Of a stretch of DNA of 64,000 nt, positions 8,615 through 18,679 are shown one piece after another. How positions within the stretch are numbered: position 1 is the first letter of the stretch; every line of letters starts with the position of its first letter. Source of the DNA: a virus (lineage: Duplodnaviria; Caudoviricetes); IMG/VR virus record IMGVR_UViG_3300046820_001270, positions 1 to 64,000 of that record. One strand, 5' to 3'. The notes below the pieces were generated by a model. That model had not been told where the DNA came from and made no database searches. It saw only the letters and a program-made list of their open reading frames with translations. The position numbers and the translations under genes are program-made.

Positions 8615-9139
8615 ATGAGTACAGCATGGTATGTGGTAAAAGTTTTACCCGGTAAAGAAAGATCATTAACTGAACAATTCAATAAAGATATTGGATTGGG
8701 TAGAATAAACAAAATTGTAAGATTTGTTTGTCCTACTGAGAAAGAATTCGTTGTGGTTAAAAATAAAAAAGTAATTAGAGAAAAAGTATTATATAGTGGA
8801 TATCTTTATTTTGAATCTATTAAACAATTAGAAGATGATGATTTGAAGATAATATCTTTAATACCTAATATTATGGGTATGATGGGAGATAGGATGCCAA
8901 TGTTATTGAAAGAAACTGATGTTAGACGTATATTGAAAGATGATACATTAGAAGAACATATTGAAAGTAAGAAATTAAAATTTGATAATGGAGAACCTAT
9001 TATAGTGTGTGATGGACCATTTAATGATTTTAGTGGTATTATTAAGGAAGTTAAAGGAGACAAGGTAGATGTTGAGATAAAAATATTTGGAAGAAATACC
9101 GCAGTTTCATTAACTTTGGATCAAATACGAAAACCCTAA
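8615..9139 (+). CDS. nusG: Transcription termination/antitermination factor, NusG family
   Basis: NGN domain (WYVVKVLPGKE...VLYSGYLYF) plus KOW domain (GEPIIVCDGPFNDFSG...IFGRNTAV). Confidence 0.9.
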   Translation: MSTAWYVVKVLPGKERSLTEQFNKDIGLGRINKIVRFVCPTEKEFVVVKNKKVIREKVLYSGYLYFESIKQLEDDDLKIISLIPNIMGMMGDRMPMLLKETDVRRILKDDTLEEHIESKKLKFDNGEPIIVCDGPFNDFSGIIKEVKGDKVDVEIKIFGRNTAVSLTLDQIRKP

Positions 9140-9474
9140 TGGATAATATTTCACCTGAAGTTTTAATCTATCTACAAACAGTTAAAAATTATTTTGAAAC
9201 AAACATAGAGGCTAAAGAATTTTTTTTAAGTAATTCTGACGGTGAATTGTTTTATAAACATTTAACTGAAATCGCACAGAAAAATTTTGAAAAAAAAGGA
9301 GAAGCAACATTAGATAGAGAACAATTTGAATTATTAAGAAAAACAATTGCTGCAATAATAATTGCAACGTCGATTACAAAAATCGGACAAGTTGAATACA
9401 AAAAAGAAGATTTTGATTACGATAATGGGGTGTTTATTGAATTCCCTAATTTCGGTTCAATTTGTCTTAATTAA
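9139..9474 (+). CDS. Hypothetical protein
   Basis: 111 aa; TAATG coupling to nusG. Confidence 0.75.
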   Translation: MDNISPEVLIYLQTVKNYFETNIEAKEFFLSNSDGELFYKHLTEIAQKNFEKKGEATLDREQFELLRKTIAAIIIATSITKIGQVEYKKEDFDYDNGVFIEFPNFGSICLN

Positions 9475-9482
9475 GATATTAT

Positions 9483-10565
9483 ATGAATATAAATTTACCA
9501 AACAATTATTCCATATACGATACTGTATATGGTAATGAAATACCAACAGAACAATATTATGTGGTAAAATATGACAAGTTACCATCAAAGTTTACGGATG
9601 TTAGTTTATCATACGAACCTGAAATTATTGAAGAAATAAAAAAGAATGGTTTTGTTGAAGTCGTAAAGATTAATATGAAATCTAAAAGTTATGAATCATC
9701 GACACAATCTTTATTCGTAAATGATCTTGCACAAATATTTGTTAGAACATATAAATCAAGTAGAGGACATAAAGAACCAAAAGAAAATCATATTCATTTA
9801 GAATTTGCTTATAATGGAACAAAGGGAGGGATTAAAGAACAAATTGATTTCGGTGTCTTTAAGAAATATGAGATAACAAAAAAGAAAGCGAGTATCCAAC
9901 TTGTTAAAAGTGATATGGGTCATTTAGATACTGAAGAGTATGATCTACATGTTCCACCGACAGATTTAGAGTTGAATTACGGAAGTGATTTTAGTAAAAT
10001 ACATGAAGTTATTGTGAATAGATTAAATTCCGATAATGATAAGGGAATAATTTTACTTCACGGAGATCCTGGTACTGGTAAGACTTCTTATATTAAACAT
10101 CTAACTACTTTAGTTAAAGACAAAGATATTTTATTTATTCCACCATCGATGGCGGAAATGTTATCAGAACCAACAATCATCCCTTTCTTAATGGATCATA
10201 AGAATTCAATTTTAATTATTGAAGATGCTGAACGAGTAATTAGTGATCGTGAAGGTAATGGTTCGCCCGCAGGAGTATCTAACATCCTTAACCTAACAGA
10301 CGGTATTTTGGGTGATTGTTTAAATATTCAGGTTATTGCCACCTTTAATATGAAAAGAGAGAAGATAGACCAAGCTCTTCTTCGTAAGGGTCGTTTAATC
10401 GCTGAACACAAGTTTGAGAAATTATCAGTTGAAGAAACCAACAAATTATTAAAACATTTAGAAAAAGATCAAGTTGTTGAGGAAGGTATGGTTTTAGCTG
10501 ATATTTATAACATAGACACAGAAGTCTATAAAACATCCAATAAAGGAAATAAAATAGGATTTTAA
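9483..10565 (+). CDS. AAA+ ATPase with N-terminal extension
   Basis: Walker A LHGDPGTGKT, Walker B LIIEDAE, LLNLTDG, ALLRKGR arginine finger. Confidence 0.9.
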   Translation: MNINLPNNYSIYDTVYGNEIPTEQYYVVKYDKLPSKFTDVSLSYEPEIIEEIKKNGFVEVVKINMKSKSYESSTQSLFVNDLAQIFVRTYKSSRGHKEPKENHIHLEFAYNGTKGGIKEQIDFGVFKKYEITKKKASIQLVKSDMGHLDTEEYDLHVPPTDLELNYGSDFSKIHEVIVNRLNSDNDKGIILLHGDPGTGKTSYIKHLTTLVKDKDILFIPPSMAEMLSEPTIIPFLMDHKNSILIIEDAERVISDREGNGSPAGVSNILNLTDGILGDCLNIQVIATFNMKREKIDQALLRKGRLIAEHKFEKLSVEETNKLLKHLEKDQVVEEGMVLADIYNIDTEVYKTSNKGNKIGF

Positions 10566-10574
10566 AATTATAAA

Positions 10575-10880
10575 ATGGAATACGTTACATCTGCACAAGT
10601 TGCACAATTACAATCAGAAGGAAGAAAATTATTAGTTCAGTACACAGCCGATTGGTGTTCACCATGTAAGGCATTAACACCAAGATTATCAAATTTATCT
10701 AATAGATATTCAGAAATTACATTTGTTAAAGTGAATGTTGATGAAAACCAAGATGCTGTTATGGAGTTAGGTATTAATACTGTACCTACAATTATGATTT
10801 ACGATGGTAGTACATTGGTCAATAGATCAACGGGTGCGAATGTTGATAGTATGTACACTAAAATTTTAGATACATTATAA
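10575..10880 (+). CDS. trxA: Thioredoxin
   Basis: ADWCSPCK, VKVNVDE, INTVPT. Confidence 0.9.
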   Translation: MEYVTSAQVAQLQSEGRKLLVQYTADWCSPCKALTPRLSNLSNRYSEITFVKVNVDENQDAVMELGINTVPTIMIYDGSTLVNRSTGANVDSMYTKILDTL

Positions 10881-10881
10881 T

Positions 10882-11151
10882 ATGGATGTTATTATTTTTT
10901 CATTAGCCGATTGTGATCATTGTCAAGATCTAAAAAAAAGATTATTAAATGAACAAATACCTTTTAAAGATTTTGAAATTAATAAACATAAACCATTTTG
11001 GGATGATATTGTAAAACAAACCGGATCGGATTATGTACCCACTATTTATTTAAAAGATGATAAAACAAAAACCGGACGTATTTTAATACCATTAAAAGAC
11101 TTTAATAATGGGGATGAAGCTATCAATATCATAAAAAAATACACATTATAA
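10882..11151 (+). CDS. Glutaredoxin-like protein
   Basis: CDHC active site, YVPTIY. Confidence 0.85.
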   Translation: MDVIIFSLADCDHCQDLKKRLLNEQIPFKDFEINKHKPFWDDIVKQTGSDYVPTIYLKDDKTKTGRILIPLKDFNNGDEAINIIKKYTL

Positions 11152-11179
11152 AAAAAAAGGGTTTGAAACCCTTTTTTTT
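11151..11179. terminator. Intrinsic, potentially bidirectional terminator
   Basis: AAAAAAAAGGGTT-TGA-AACCCTTTTTTTT perfect inverted repeat directly after the glutaredoxin stop. Confidence 0.8.
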
Positions 11180-11201
11180 ATGCCTATTAGTGGAATAAAA
11201 G

Positions 11202-11208
11202 TATTTAT
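11202..11208 (+). promoter_or_regulatory. TATTTAT motif (putative late promoter)
   Basis: AAGTATTTATG between the terminator and the fibre gene start at 11229. Confidence 0.55.
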
Positions 11209-11228
11209 GTAAAAGACTTTACTTTTAC

Positions 11229-13340
11229 ATGGCACTACAAAGAATAAATTGGACACAGATTGAGACGGAAAACGTCACACCAGGTACCACAATTGATCTC
11301 GGTTCGTCAACAACTCCATTAAATGCGGTCTACGCAGATAATTTATATGTTTCAGGAACAAGCTTAAGTAATTTGATTGCGGGTTCATCAGGTACTTCAG
11401 GATCTAATGGTACATCAGGTAATTCTGGTTCTTCAGGATCATCGGGTACTTCGGGATTACGTGGAGTCTCAGGATCTTCAGGATCTAGTGGTACATCTGG
11501 ATTTGGAACTTCAGGTTCGTCAGGTACATCAGGTCAAGATGGTTCTAATGGTTCTTCAGGTACGTCTGGATCTTCAGGAAATGGTACGTCAGGTACTTCA
11601 GGTGTGAGTGGTACTTCAGGAACATCAGGTTCGTCTGGTATTAGAGGTACTGCGGGTACTTCAGGTAGTTCAGGAACTTCAAGTAACGGAACATCAGGGT
11701 CTAGTGGTACATCAGGACAAAACGGTATTAATGGTGCCAACGGCCAAAATGGAACTTCAGGTTCTTCTGGATCGAACGGTACTTCAGGTACGTCAGGTCA
11801 AGATGGTTTAAATGGTAGTAATGGAACTAGTGGATCAAATGGAACAAATGGTACTAGTGGATCGAGCGGTACTAACGGATCTAGTGGTTCATCCGGTACG
11901 TCGGGTATTAGAGGTTCACACGGTACTTCAGGTACTTCAGGAAGTGTATATCAAACATCATCAACAACATACGTTTCAGATATTGATGAACATGACGGTG
12001 AAATATTACCACCATTTATTGTTGATGCTGGTTTGTCATATAGTGAAGGTCAGTTAGTTATTGCCGCATATGATGTAAACAATTATTTAATTGGTCGCGT
12101 TGTAAGTTATTTTGGAACAGAACTTACATTATTAATAGTAGATCATGCGGGTGGTAGTGGACACGATAGTTGGTCTATTAATTTGTATAGTGCAATTAGT
12201 GGAGGTGCCGGTGGATCTTCAACATTAAGAATTACCGATGGTACAACAACCGTTAACGGAGTTGATCAAATAACATTTGACGGAGCCGAAGTTACGGATA
12301 ACGGATTAGGTAATATAACAGTTACAATTATAGGAGGTGGTGGTGGCGGTGTTTCAGGTACTAACGGTACAAGTGGTTCTAATGGATCAAGTGGAACGTC
12401 AGGATCTAATGGATCATCAGGATCAAACGGAACGAATGGTTCTTCGGGAACTTCTGGTGTTACAGGTACAAGTGGTACGTCAGGTACTTCAGGTCCTGCC
12501 GGTGCTACAGGTACAAGTGGAACGTCCGGTTTGAATGGTACTAGTGGTACAAATGGTACAAGTGGTACAAATGGGACGTCCGGAACAGATGGTACAAGTG
12601 GTACTGATGGTTCTTCAGGTTCTAACGGAACAGACGGTACTTCAGGATCTAATGGTACTGATGGGTCTAGTGGTACATCAGGTACAGGTACAAATGGTAC
12701 TTCGGGTTCATCAGGTACATCCGCACCTGGTATAACATCAGGTACAAGTGGTACTGATGGTTATTCAGGTACCGATGGTTCTTCAGGATCTAGTGGATCA
12801 AACGGTACAGATGGTTCTAGTGGAACTTCAGGAGTTAATGGTACTAATGGTACGTCAGGTGTTAACGGAACAAGTGGTACCGATGGTTCTTCAGGAACTT
12901 CAGGTATTGGTATTAATGGTACATCAGGTACAAGTGGAACTGGCGGTGGTTCAGGAGTTTATGTTATAAAATTAGAATATAGTGCGGGTTCGTTAATATC
13001 TTCTCCATTTGTCGCAGCACAAGACCCACAAGGTAATACTATTACATCAGGTGCTGGTGGTTGGACATTTACAAGAGTTGGTGCAACTGAAGTGAGTGTA
13101 ACACATCCATTGGGTGTATGGGGAATAAATTTTATGACACATTCACAACTTGTTGGTGGTGATTTCTTAAGTAGAAATATGGGAGGAACAACAACAGGTC
13201 AATCGGTATGTGTACAAAATGCAGCAAAAACCTTAATGACGTTTAAAGCATTAGGACCTGGTTTTACCGGTGTATATGGAGTTGGATCGGTTGTTCAATA
13301 TATAACATGGCAAGTTCCTACAAATAATATTTATATATAA
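11229..13340 (+). CDS. Gly/Ser/Thr triplet-repeat fibre-like virion protein
   Basis: 703 aa with two long (G-S/T-S/N/D)n blocks separated by beta-rich spacers. Confidence 0.75.
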   Translation: MALQRINWTQIETENVTPGTTIDLGSSTTPLNAVYADNLYVSGTSLSNLIAGSSGTSGSNGTSGNSGSSGSSGTSGLRGVSGSSGSSGTSGFGTSGSSGTSGQDGSNGSSGTSGSSGNGTSGTSGVSGTSGTSGSSGIRGTAGTSGSSGTSSNGTSGSSGTSGQNGINGANGQNGTSGSSGSNGTSGTSGQDGLNGSNGTSGSNGTNGTSGSSGTNGSSGSSGTSGIRGSHGTSGTSGSVYQTSSTTYVSDIDEHDGEILPPFIVDAGLSYSEGQLVIAAYDVNNYLIGRVVSYFGTELTLLIVDHAGGSGHDSWSINLYSAISGGAGGSSTLRITDGTTTVNGVDQITFDGAEVTDNGLGNITVTIIGGGGGGVSGTNGTSGSNGSSGTSGSNGSSGSNGTNGSSGTSGVTGTSGTSGTSGPAGATGTSGTSGLNGTSGTNGTSGTNGTSGTDGTSGTDGSSGSNGTDGTSGSNGTDGSSGTSGTGTNGTSGSSGTSAPGITSGTSGTDGYSGTDGSSGSSGSNGTDGSSGTSGVNGTNGTSGVNGTSGTDGSSGTSGIGINGTSGTSGTGGGSGVYVIKLEYSAGSLISSPFVAAQDPQGNTITSGAGGWTFTRVGATEVSVTHPLGVWGINFMTHSQLVGGDFLSRNMGGTTTGQSVCVQNAAKTLMTFKALGPGFTGVYGVGSVVQYITWQVPTNNIYI

Positions 13341-13342
13341 AA

Positions 13343-16300
13343 ATGGCAAGACTAGAATCGTTACCAATTACATTAGTTGCTAGTATAAAACCTGGCAGTA
13401 TTACTACTAGTACATTTTATAATAATACTGGAAGTACTTATCATGGATATGGATATACATTTAATTGTACATTACAAGTAACAGCAACACTTACTTCAGA
13501 TGATAGAATTACACCAAATCAATTTATGTATGATGCATATTTTGTAAATGAAGGAATGTGGTTCGGTCAAAGTACTAATGGAGCATCTTATAAAATTATA
13601 AGTGTATCCACACCTACAAATGCATATGAAATTGATGTTGTTTTAAAAGATGTTGGTTTATATAATATATTATCTGACACTTCATTTAGTGGTTTTAATA
13701 CACCTAGTGAAGGTAATAACGGATTATTATTTTATTTATCCGATGATGGAGATCCAATATTAAGTGGATTACAATTGTTACAACCTTATTTACCTGACAT
13801 TAACTATTTTGTTAATGACATGTATGCAAAATTTCAATATAGAAATTTTACAACAACACACTATAATAATAACGATATCAATTTAGTATACGGTACAGGT
13901 TATAGTATTAATCAAATAGTTTATTTAAATTCAACTGGAACTTTTCAATTAGTTGATACAACTAATTCAAGTCAAGTTGAGAAATCTTTTGGTATTATTA
14001 CATCGGTTAATGAACCTGAAGATGGAAATATGACAGTTAAACCATTTGGTGAAATCAAAGGTGGTTTAACATTAACAGGATTTTCAATTGGAGATGTATT
14101 ATATTATGACGCAACCGCATCAAATACATCTTATGTTACGGATATAAAACCAACAACAAATCCATTACCTATTTACATTAAAATTAGTGATACCACAGGT
14201 TCATTAATTGGTGGTCAAACAAGTGGTGGAGGAGGTACAGGTGCATCAGGAACAAGTGGTACTTCAGGTACAGACGGTTCATCGGGAAGTAATGGTACAG
14301 ATGGTTCTAGTGGTACATCAGGTTCTAATGGTACCGATGGTTCTTCAGGTACAAGTGGTGTTGACGGAGTAAGTGGAACAAGTGGAACCAGTGGTTCTAA
14401 TGGAACCGACGGTTCCAGCGGTACGTCAGGATCAAATGGTACTGACGGTACTTCAGGTGTAGACGGAGTTTCCGGTACATCAGGTACAAGTGGTTCAGAT
14501 GGTACTTCAGGAGATAGTTTATTTAGTGAAGTATCACCGGGCGTATGGACAACAACAAATAATATTTTAATCACAGGATCTTTAAATGTTGATGGTACTG
14601 TTAATGCAAGAGAATTACATGTTACATATGAAACCTCTTCAGTAATGTATACGTCTGGATCAACAAAGTTCGGAAATACAATCGATGATACACATCAATT
14701 TACGGGATCTTTATTTATCTCAGGTTCGGTAAACATTACAAGTGGTAGTTTAGTTATAGATGGTGTTCCATTCTCAGCAATGACATCAGGAACATCAGGT
14801 TCTAATGGTACTGATGGTAGTTCAGGATCTAATGGTAGTGATGGTTCTTCAGGAACTAGTGGAGTAGACGGGGTATCAGGAACAAGTGGAACGTCAGGAT
14901 CAAATGGTACAGATGGTTCTTCGGGTTCTAGTGGTATTTCAGGAGTAGATGGTACTGACGGTTCTAGTGGTACTTCAGGTGTAGACGGAGTTTCCGGCAC
15001 ATCAGGTACTAGTGGATCAAATGGTACTGATGGTACCAGTGGTATTTCAGGAGTAGATGGTACTGACGGTTCTAGTGGTACTTCAGGTGTAGACGGAGTT
15101 TCAGGTACAAGCGGAACATCAGGTTCAAATGGTACGGATGGTACTAGTGGTATTTCGGGGGTGGATGGTACTGACGGTACTTCAGGAGATAGTTTATTTG
15201 CCGAAACTGGTAGTTTTTGGGCAACGACAAATGATATTCAAATAACGGGTTCATTAACTGTAGGTCAAGGTACCGGTGTTGTGAATTCTTATTTATTTTT
15301 AACGGATAGTAGTTCACTTATATTAACAAGTGGATCAAACATAATAGTAGAAAACGGTGGTTATATTACAGCAGCTTTCTTTGGTGATGGTGCGGGTTTA
15401 TATAACATACCAGCATCTGGTGTAACAGGATTAAATTTAAATTTAATTAGTAGTGGTAGTAATACTGCTTCTATTGGTTTAAATGGTTTTAACATTAATA
15501 CTAATACATCAATTACAGGTGCATTAAACGTTGATGGTATTATTACTGCGAGACAGTTAAATATTGATTACGTAAGTTCATCAATACTTTACACATCAGG
15601 TTCAACTAAGTTCGGTGACACCATTGACGACACTCACGAGTTTACAGGTTCATTGTTTATCAGTGGTTCTGTTAACATTTCAAGTGGTAGTTTAGTTATA
15701 GATGGTGTTCCATTCTCAGCAATGACATCAGGAACATCAGGTTCTAATGGTACGGATGGGACATCTGGTTCTAACGGAACGGATGGTAGTTCTGGATCTA
15801 ATGGTACGGACGGTTCTAGTGGTACATCGGGAGTTGATGGAGTATCAGGAACAAGTGGTACTTCAGGTTCTAACGGTACAGATGGTTCTTCAGGAAGTAA
15901 TGGTACTGACGGTTCATCAGGTTCTAGTGGTATTTCGGGGGTGGATGGTACTGACGGTTCTAGTGGTACGTCAGGTGTAGACGGAGTTTCCGGCACAAGT
16001 GGAACTTCAGGTAGTAATGGTACTGATGGTTCTTCAGGTTCCAGTGGTACAAGTGGGGTTGACGGAGTTTCCGGTACATCAGGTACATCAGGTTCTAACG
16101 GTACTGACGGATCTTCAGGTACTTCAGGAGATAGTTTATTTAGTGAAGTAACATCTGGTGTATGGGCAACAACAAATGATGTATTGATTACAGGTTCGTT
16201 ATTTGTATCTAATACAGTTTATGCTGAATCTGGATCGTTTAATTATGTTCATACAATTTACGAAACTGCTTCAGTTATTTACGGCAGCGGATCAACTAAA

Positions 16301-18589
16301 TTTGGAGACACATTTGATGATACTCATACATTTACAGGTTCAGTTAATATAACCGGTTCGATAACATTAAATGGACAAGCAATTGGTACAGGTAAGTTAG
16401 ACGAAACCGTATTTAATGATTACACGTCTTCGGTTACCTCATCATTCTCAGGTACATCATCATATGCAACATATGCTTTATACGCTGAAAACGCGGTTAT
16501 AGTATCGGGAGCCAACAAACAATTATATGTTTCTTCACCTTTAACGACATGGTCATTTACACATAACTTACATGAAAGATATCCTGTAATAAATGTTTTT
16601 GATGATAATGGTTACATTGTTGTACCTGAAACTATCAGATCAATTGATCAAGATAAAATTGAAGTATATTTTAATGTAGCTACAGCAGGACACGTAGTTG
16701 CATCTGTTGGTGGAGCGGGAACTTCAGGAACAAGTGGTTCAAACGGAACAGACGGTTCTTCAGGTTCTAGTGGATCAAACGGTACAGATGGATCTTCAGG
16801 AACTAGTGGTGTGGATGGTGTAAGTGGTACTAGTGGAACGTCAGGTTCTAACGGAACGGACGGAACATCAGGATCTAGTGGTATTTCAGGAATAGATGGA
16901 ACTGACGGAAGTTCAGGTACTTCAGGTGTGGATGGTGTAAGTGGCACTAGTGGTACTTCAGGTTCTAATGGTACAGATGGAACATCTGGTTCTAACGGAA
17001 CGGATGGTAGTTCGGGGTCTAATGGTACAGATGGAACTTCAGGTAGTAATGGTACTGATGGTAGTTCAGGATCTAGTGGTATTTCAGGGATTGACGGAAC
17101 AGACGGTTCTAGTGGTACAAGTGGGGTAGATGGAGTTTCCGGCACATCAGGTACTAGTGGATCAAATGGTACTGATGGTTCTTCAGGTTCTAGTGGTACA
17201 AGTGGGGTAGATGGTGTAAGTGGTACAAGTGGAACAAGTGGTTCTAATGGTACTGACGGTACGAGTGGAAGTAATGGTACTGATGGTAGTTCAGGTACTT
17301 CAGGAGATAGTTTATTTAGTGAGGTGTCTTCGGGAGTATGGACAACAACAAACGACGTATTAATTACAGGTTCTTTATATGTTTCAAATACAGTTCATGC
17401 GGAATCAGGTTCATTTAATTATATTCACACAATTTACGAAACTGCTTCAGTTATTTACAGTAGTGGATCTACCAAATTCGGAGATACTTTTGACGACACA
17501 CACAATTTTACGGGATCTGTTAATATAACAGGATCAATCACACTTAATGGTCAAGCGGTTGGTGTTGGTAAATTAGATGAAACAACATTTAATGCTTATA
17601 CATCTTCGGTTACGTCATCATTCTCAGGTACATCATCGTACGCAATATTTGCTGAAAATGCGGTGATCGTCTCAGGAGCTAACAAACAATTATATGTTTC
17701 TTCACCTTCAACAACTTGGTCTTTCACACACAATTTACATGAAAGGTACCCTGTTATAAATGTTTTTGATAGTAATGGATACATTGTAGTTCCTGAAACA
17801 ATAAGAAGTGTTAATCAAGATTTAATTGAGGTATATTTCAATACTCCCGAAACAGGTCATATTGTAGCATCGGTCGGTGGTGCGGGTACAAGTGGAACAA
17901 GTGGAAGTAATGGTACTGATGGATCTTCAGGATCTAACGGTACGGACGGTAGTTCTGGTACTTCAGGATCAAACGGTACAGATGGATCTAGTGGTAGTAA
18001 CGGAACGGACGGAACATCAGGATCTAATGGTACTGATGGTTCTTCAGGATCTAGTGGTATTTCGGGTATTGACGGAACAGACGGTTCTAGTGGTACAAGT
18101 GGGGTAGATGGAGTATCGGGTACAAGTGGTACATCAGGTTCTAATGGTACCGACGGTACATCAGGTGATAGTTTATTTGCTCAAACTGGATCTTTTTGGG
18201 CAACGACAAATGACATTCAAATTACAGGGTCTTTAGATGTTGATGGTATTATTACGGCAAGAGAAATACATACATCATACGTAACATCTTCAGTATTATA
18301 TGAATCTGGATCAACAAAATTCGGAGATACGTTAGACGACACACATCAATTTACAGGTTCATTATTAACTACAGGATCAGTAACAATTAATGGAGATTTA
18401 ATTGTAAATGGTACAACAACATTGACGGCAACAGATCCATTAAGAGAATCACTTATTATATCAGGAGCAATGGCGATGATGCAAGCTCAAATACAAGCAC
18501 AAATCGTTTCGGCATCTATATCAATGCAAGGACAACAAGTGATATTTAATCAAAATACGATTAATATAATGGATTTGGGAGGATTTTAA
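13343..18589 (+). CDS. Giant modular fibre protein (1748 aa) with Gly-X-Y repeat blocks and repeated globular modules
   Basis: Triplet blocks alternate with SGSTKFG(D/N)TxDDTHxFTGS modules (five copies) and WSFTHNL...YP modules (two copies). Ends IMDLGGF. Confidence 0.8.
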   Translation: MARLESLPITLVASIKPGSITTSTFYNNTGSTYHGYGYTFNCTLQVTATLTSDDRITPNQFMYDAYFVNEGMWFGQSTNGASYKIISVSTPTNAYEIDVVLKDVGLYNILSDTSFSGFNTPSEGNNGLLFYLSDDGDPILSGLQLLQPYLPDINYFVNDMYAKFQYRNFTTTHYNNNDINLVYGTGYSINQIVYLNSTGTFQLVDTTNSSQVEKSFGIITSVNEPEDGNMTVKPFGEIKGGLTLTGFSIGDVLYYDATASNTSYVTDIKPTTNPLPIYIKISDTTGSLIGGQTSGGGGTGASGTSGTSGTDGSSGSNGTDGSSGTSGSNGTDGSSGTSGVDGVSGTSGTSGSNGTDGSSGTSGSNGTDGTSGVDGVSGTSGTSGSDGTSGDSLFSEVSPGVWTTTNNILITGSLNVDGTVNARELHVTYETSSVMYTSGSTKFGNTIDDTHQFTGSLFISGSVNITSGSLVIDGVPFSAMTSGTSGSNGTDGSSGSNGSDGSSGTSGVDGVSGTSGTSGSNGTDGSSGSSGISGVDGTDGSSGTSGVDGVSGTSGTSGSNGTDGTSGISGVDGTDGSSGTSGVDGVSGTSGTSGSNGTDGTSGISGVDGTDGTSGDSLFAETGSFWATTNDIQITGSLTVGQGTGVVNSYLFLTDSSSLILTSGSNIIVENGGYITAAFFGDGAGLYNIPASGVTGLNLNLISSGSNTASIGLNGFNINTNTSITGALNVDGIITARQLNIDYVSSSILYTSGSTKFGDTIDDTHEFTGSLFISGSVNISSGSLVIDGVPFSAMTSGTSGSNGTDGTSGSNGTDGSSGSNGTDGSSGTSGVDGVSGTSGTSGSNGTDGSSGSNGTDGSSGSSGISGVDGTDGSSGTSGVDGVSGTSGTSGSNGTDGSSGSSGTSGVDGVSGTSGTSGSNGTDGSSGTSGDSLFSEVTSGVWATTNDVLITGSLFVSNTVYAESGSFNYVHTIYETASVIYGSGSTKFGDTFDDTHTFTGSVNITGSITLNGQAIGTGKLDETVFNDYTSSVTSSFSGTSSYATYALYAENAVIVSGANKQLYVSSPLTTWSFTHNLHERYPVINVFDDNGYIVVPETIRSIDQDKIEVYFNVATAGHVVASVGGAGTSGTSGSNGTDGSSGSSGSNGTDGSSGTSGVDGVSGTSGTSGSNGTDGTSGSSGISGIDGTDGSSGTSGVDGVSGTSGTSGSNGTDGTSGSNGTDGSSGSNGTDGTSGSNGTDGSSGSSGISGIDGTDGSSGTSGVDGVSGTSGTSGSNGTDGSSGSSGTSGVDGVSGTSGTSGSNGTDGTSGSNGTDGSSGTSGDSLFSEVSSGVWTTTNDVLITGSLYVSNTVHAESGSFNYIHTIYETASVIYSSGSTKFGDTFDDTHNFTGSVNITGSITLNGQAVGVGKLDETTFNAYTSSVTSSFSGTSSYAIFAENAVIVSGANKQLYVSSPSTTWSFTHNLHERYPVINVFDSNGYIVVPETIRSVNQDLIEVYFNTPETGHIVASVGGAGTSGTSGSNGTDGSSGSNGTDGSSGTSGSNGTDGSSGSNGTDGTSGSNGTDGSSGSSGISGIDGTDGSSGTSGVDGVSGTSGTSGSNGTDGTSGDSLFAQTGSFWATTNDIQITGSLDVDGIITAREIHTSYVTSSVLYESGSTKFGDTLDDTHQFTGSLLTTGSVTINGDLIVNGTTTLTATDPLRESLIISGAMAMMQAQIQAQIVSASISMQGQQVIFNQNTINIMDLGGF
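14739..15753 (+). repeat. 73-bp exact direct repeat (14739-14811 and 15681-15753)
   Basis: caagtggtagtttagttatagatggtgttccattctcagcaatgacatcaggaacatcaggttctaatggtac occurs twice, checked base by base. Confidence 0.9.
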
Positions 18590-18651
18590 TATATAATAAT
18601 AAAAAATATAAAAAATTGATAGAAATAACTCGAGGATCACAAAAAATTAAG

Positions 18652-18658
18652 TATTTAT
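18652..18658 (+). promoter_or_regulatory. TATTTAT motif (putative late promoter)
   Basis: AAGTATTTATA, 21 nt before the ATG at 18680. Confidence 0.55.
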
Positions 18659-18679
18659 AAACTAAACAAACAAACGTAG

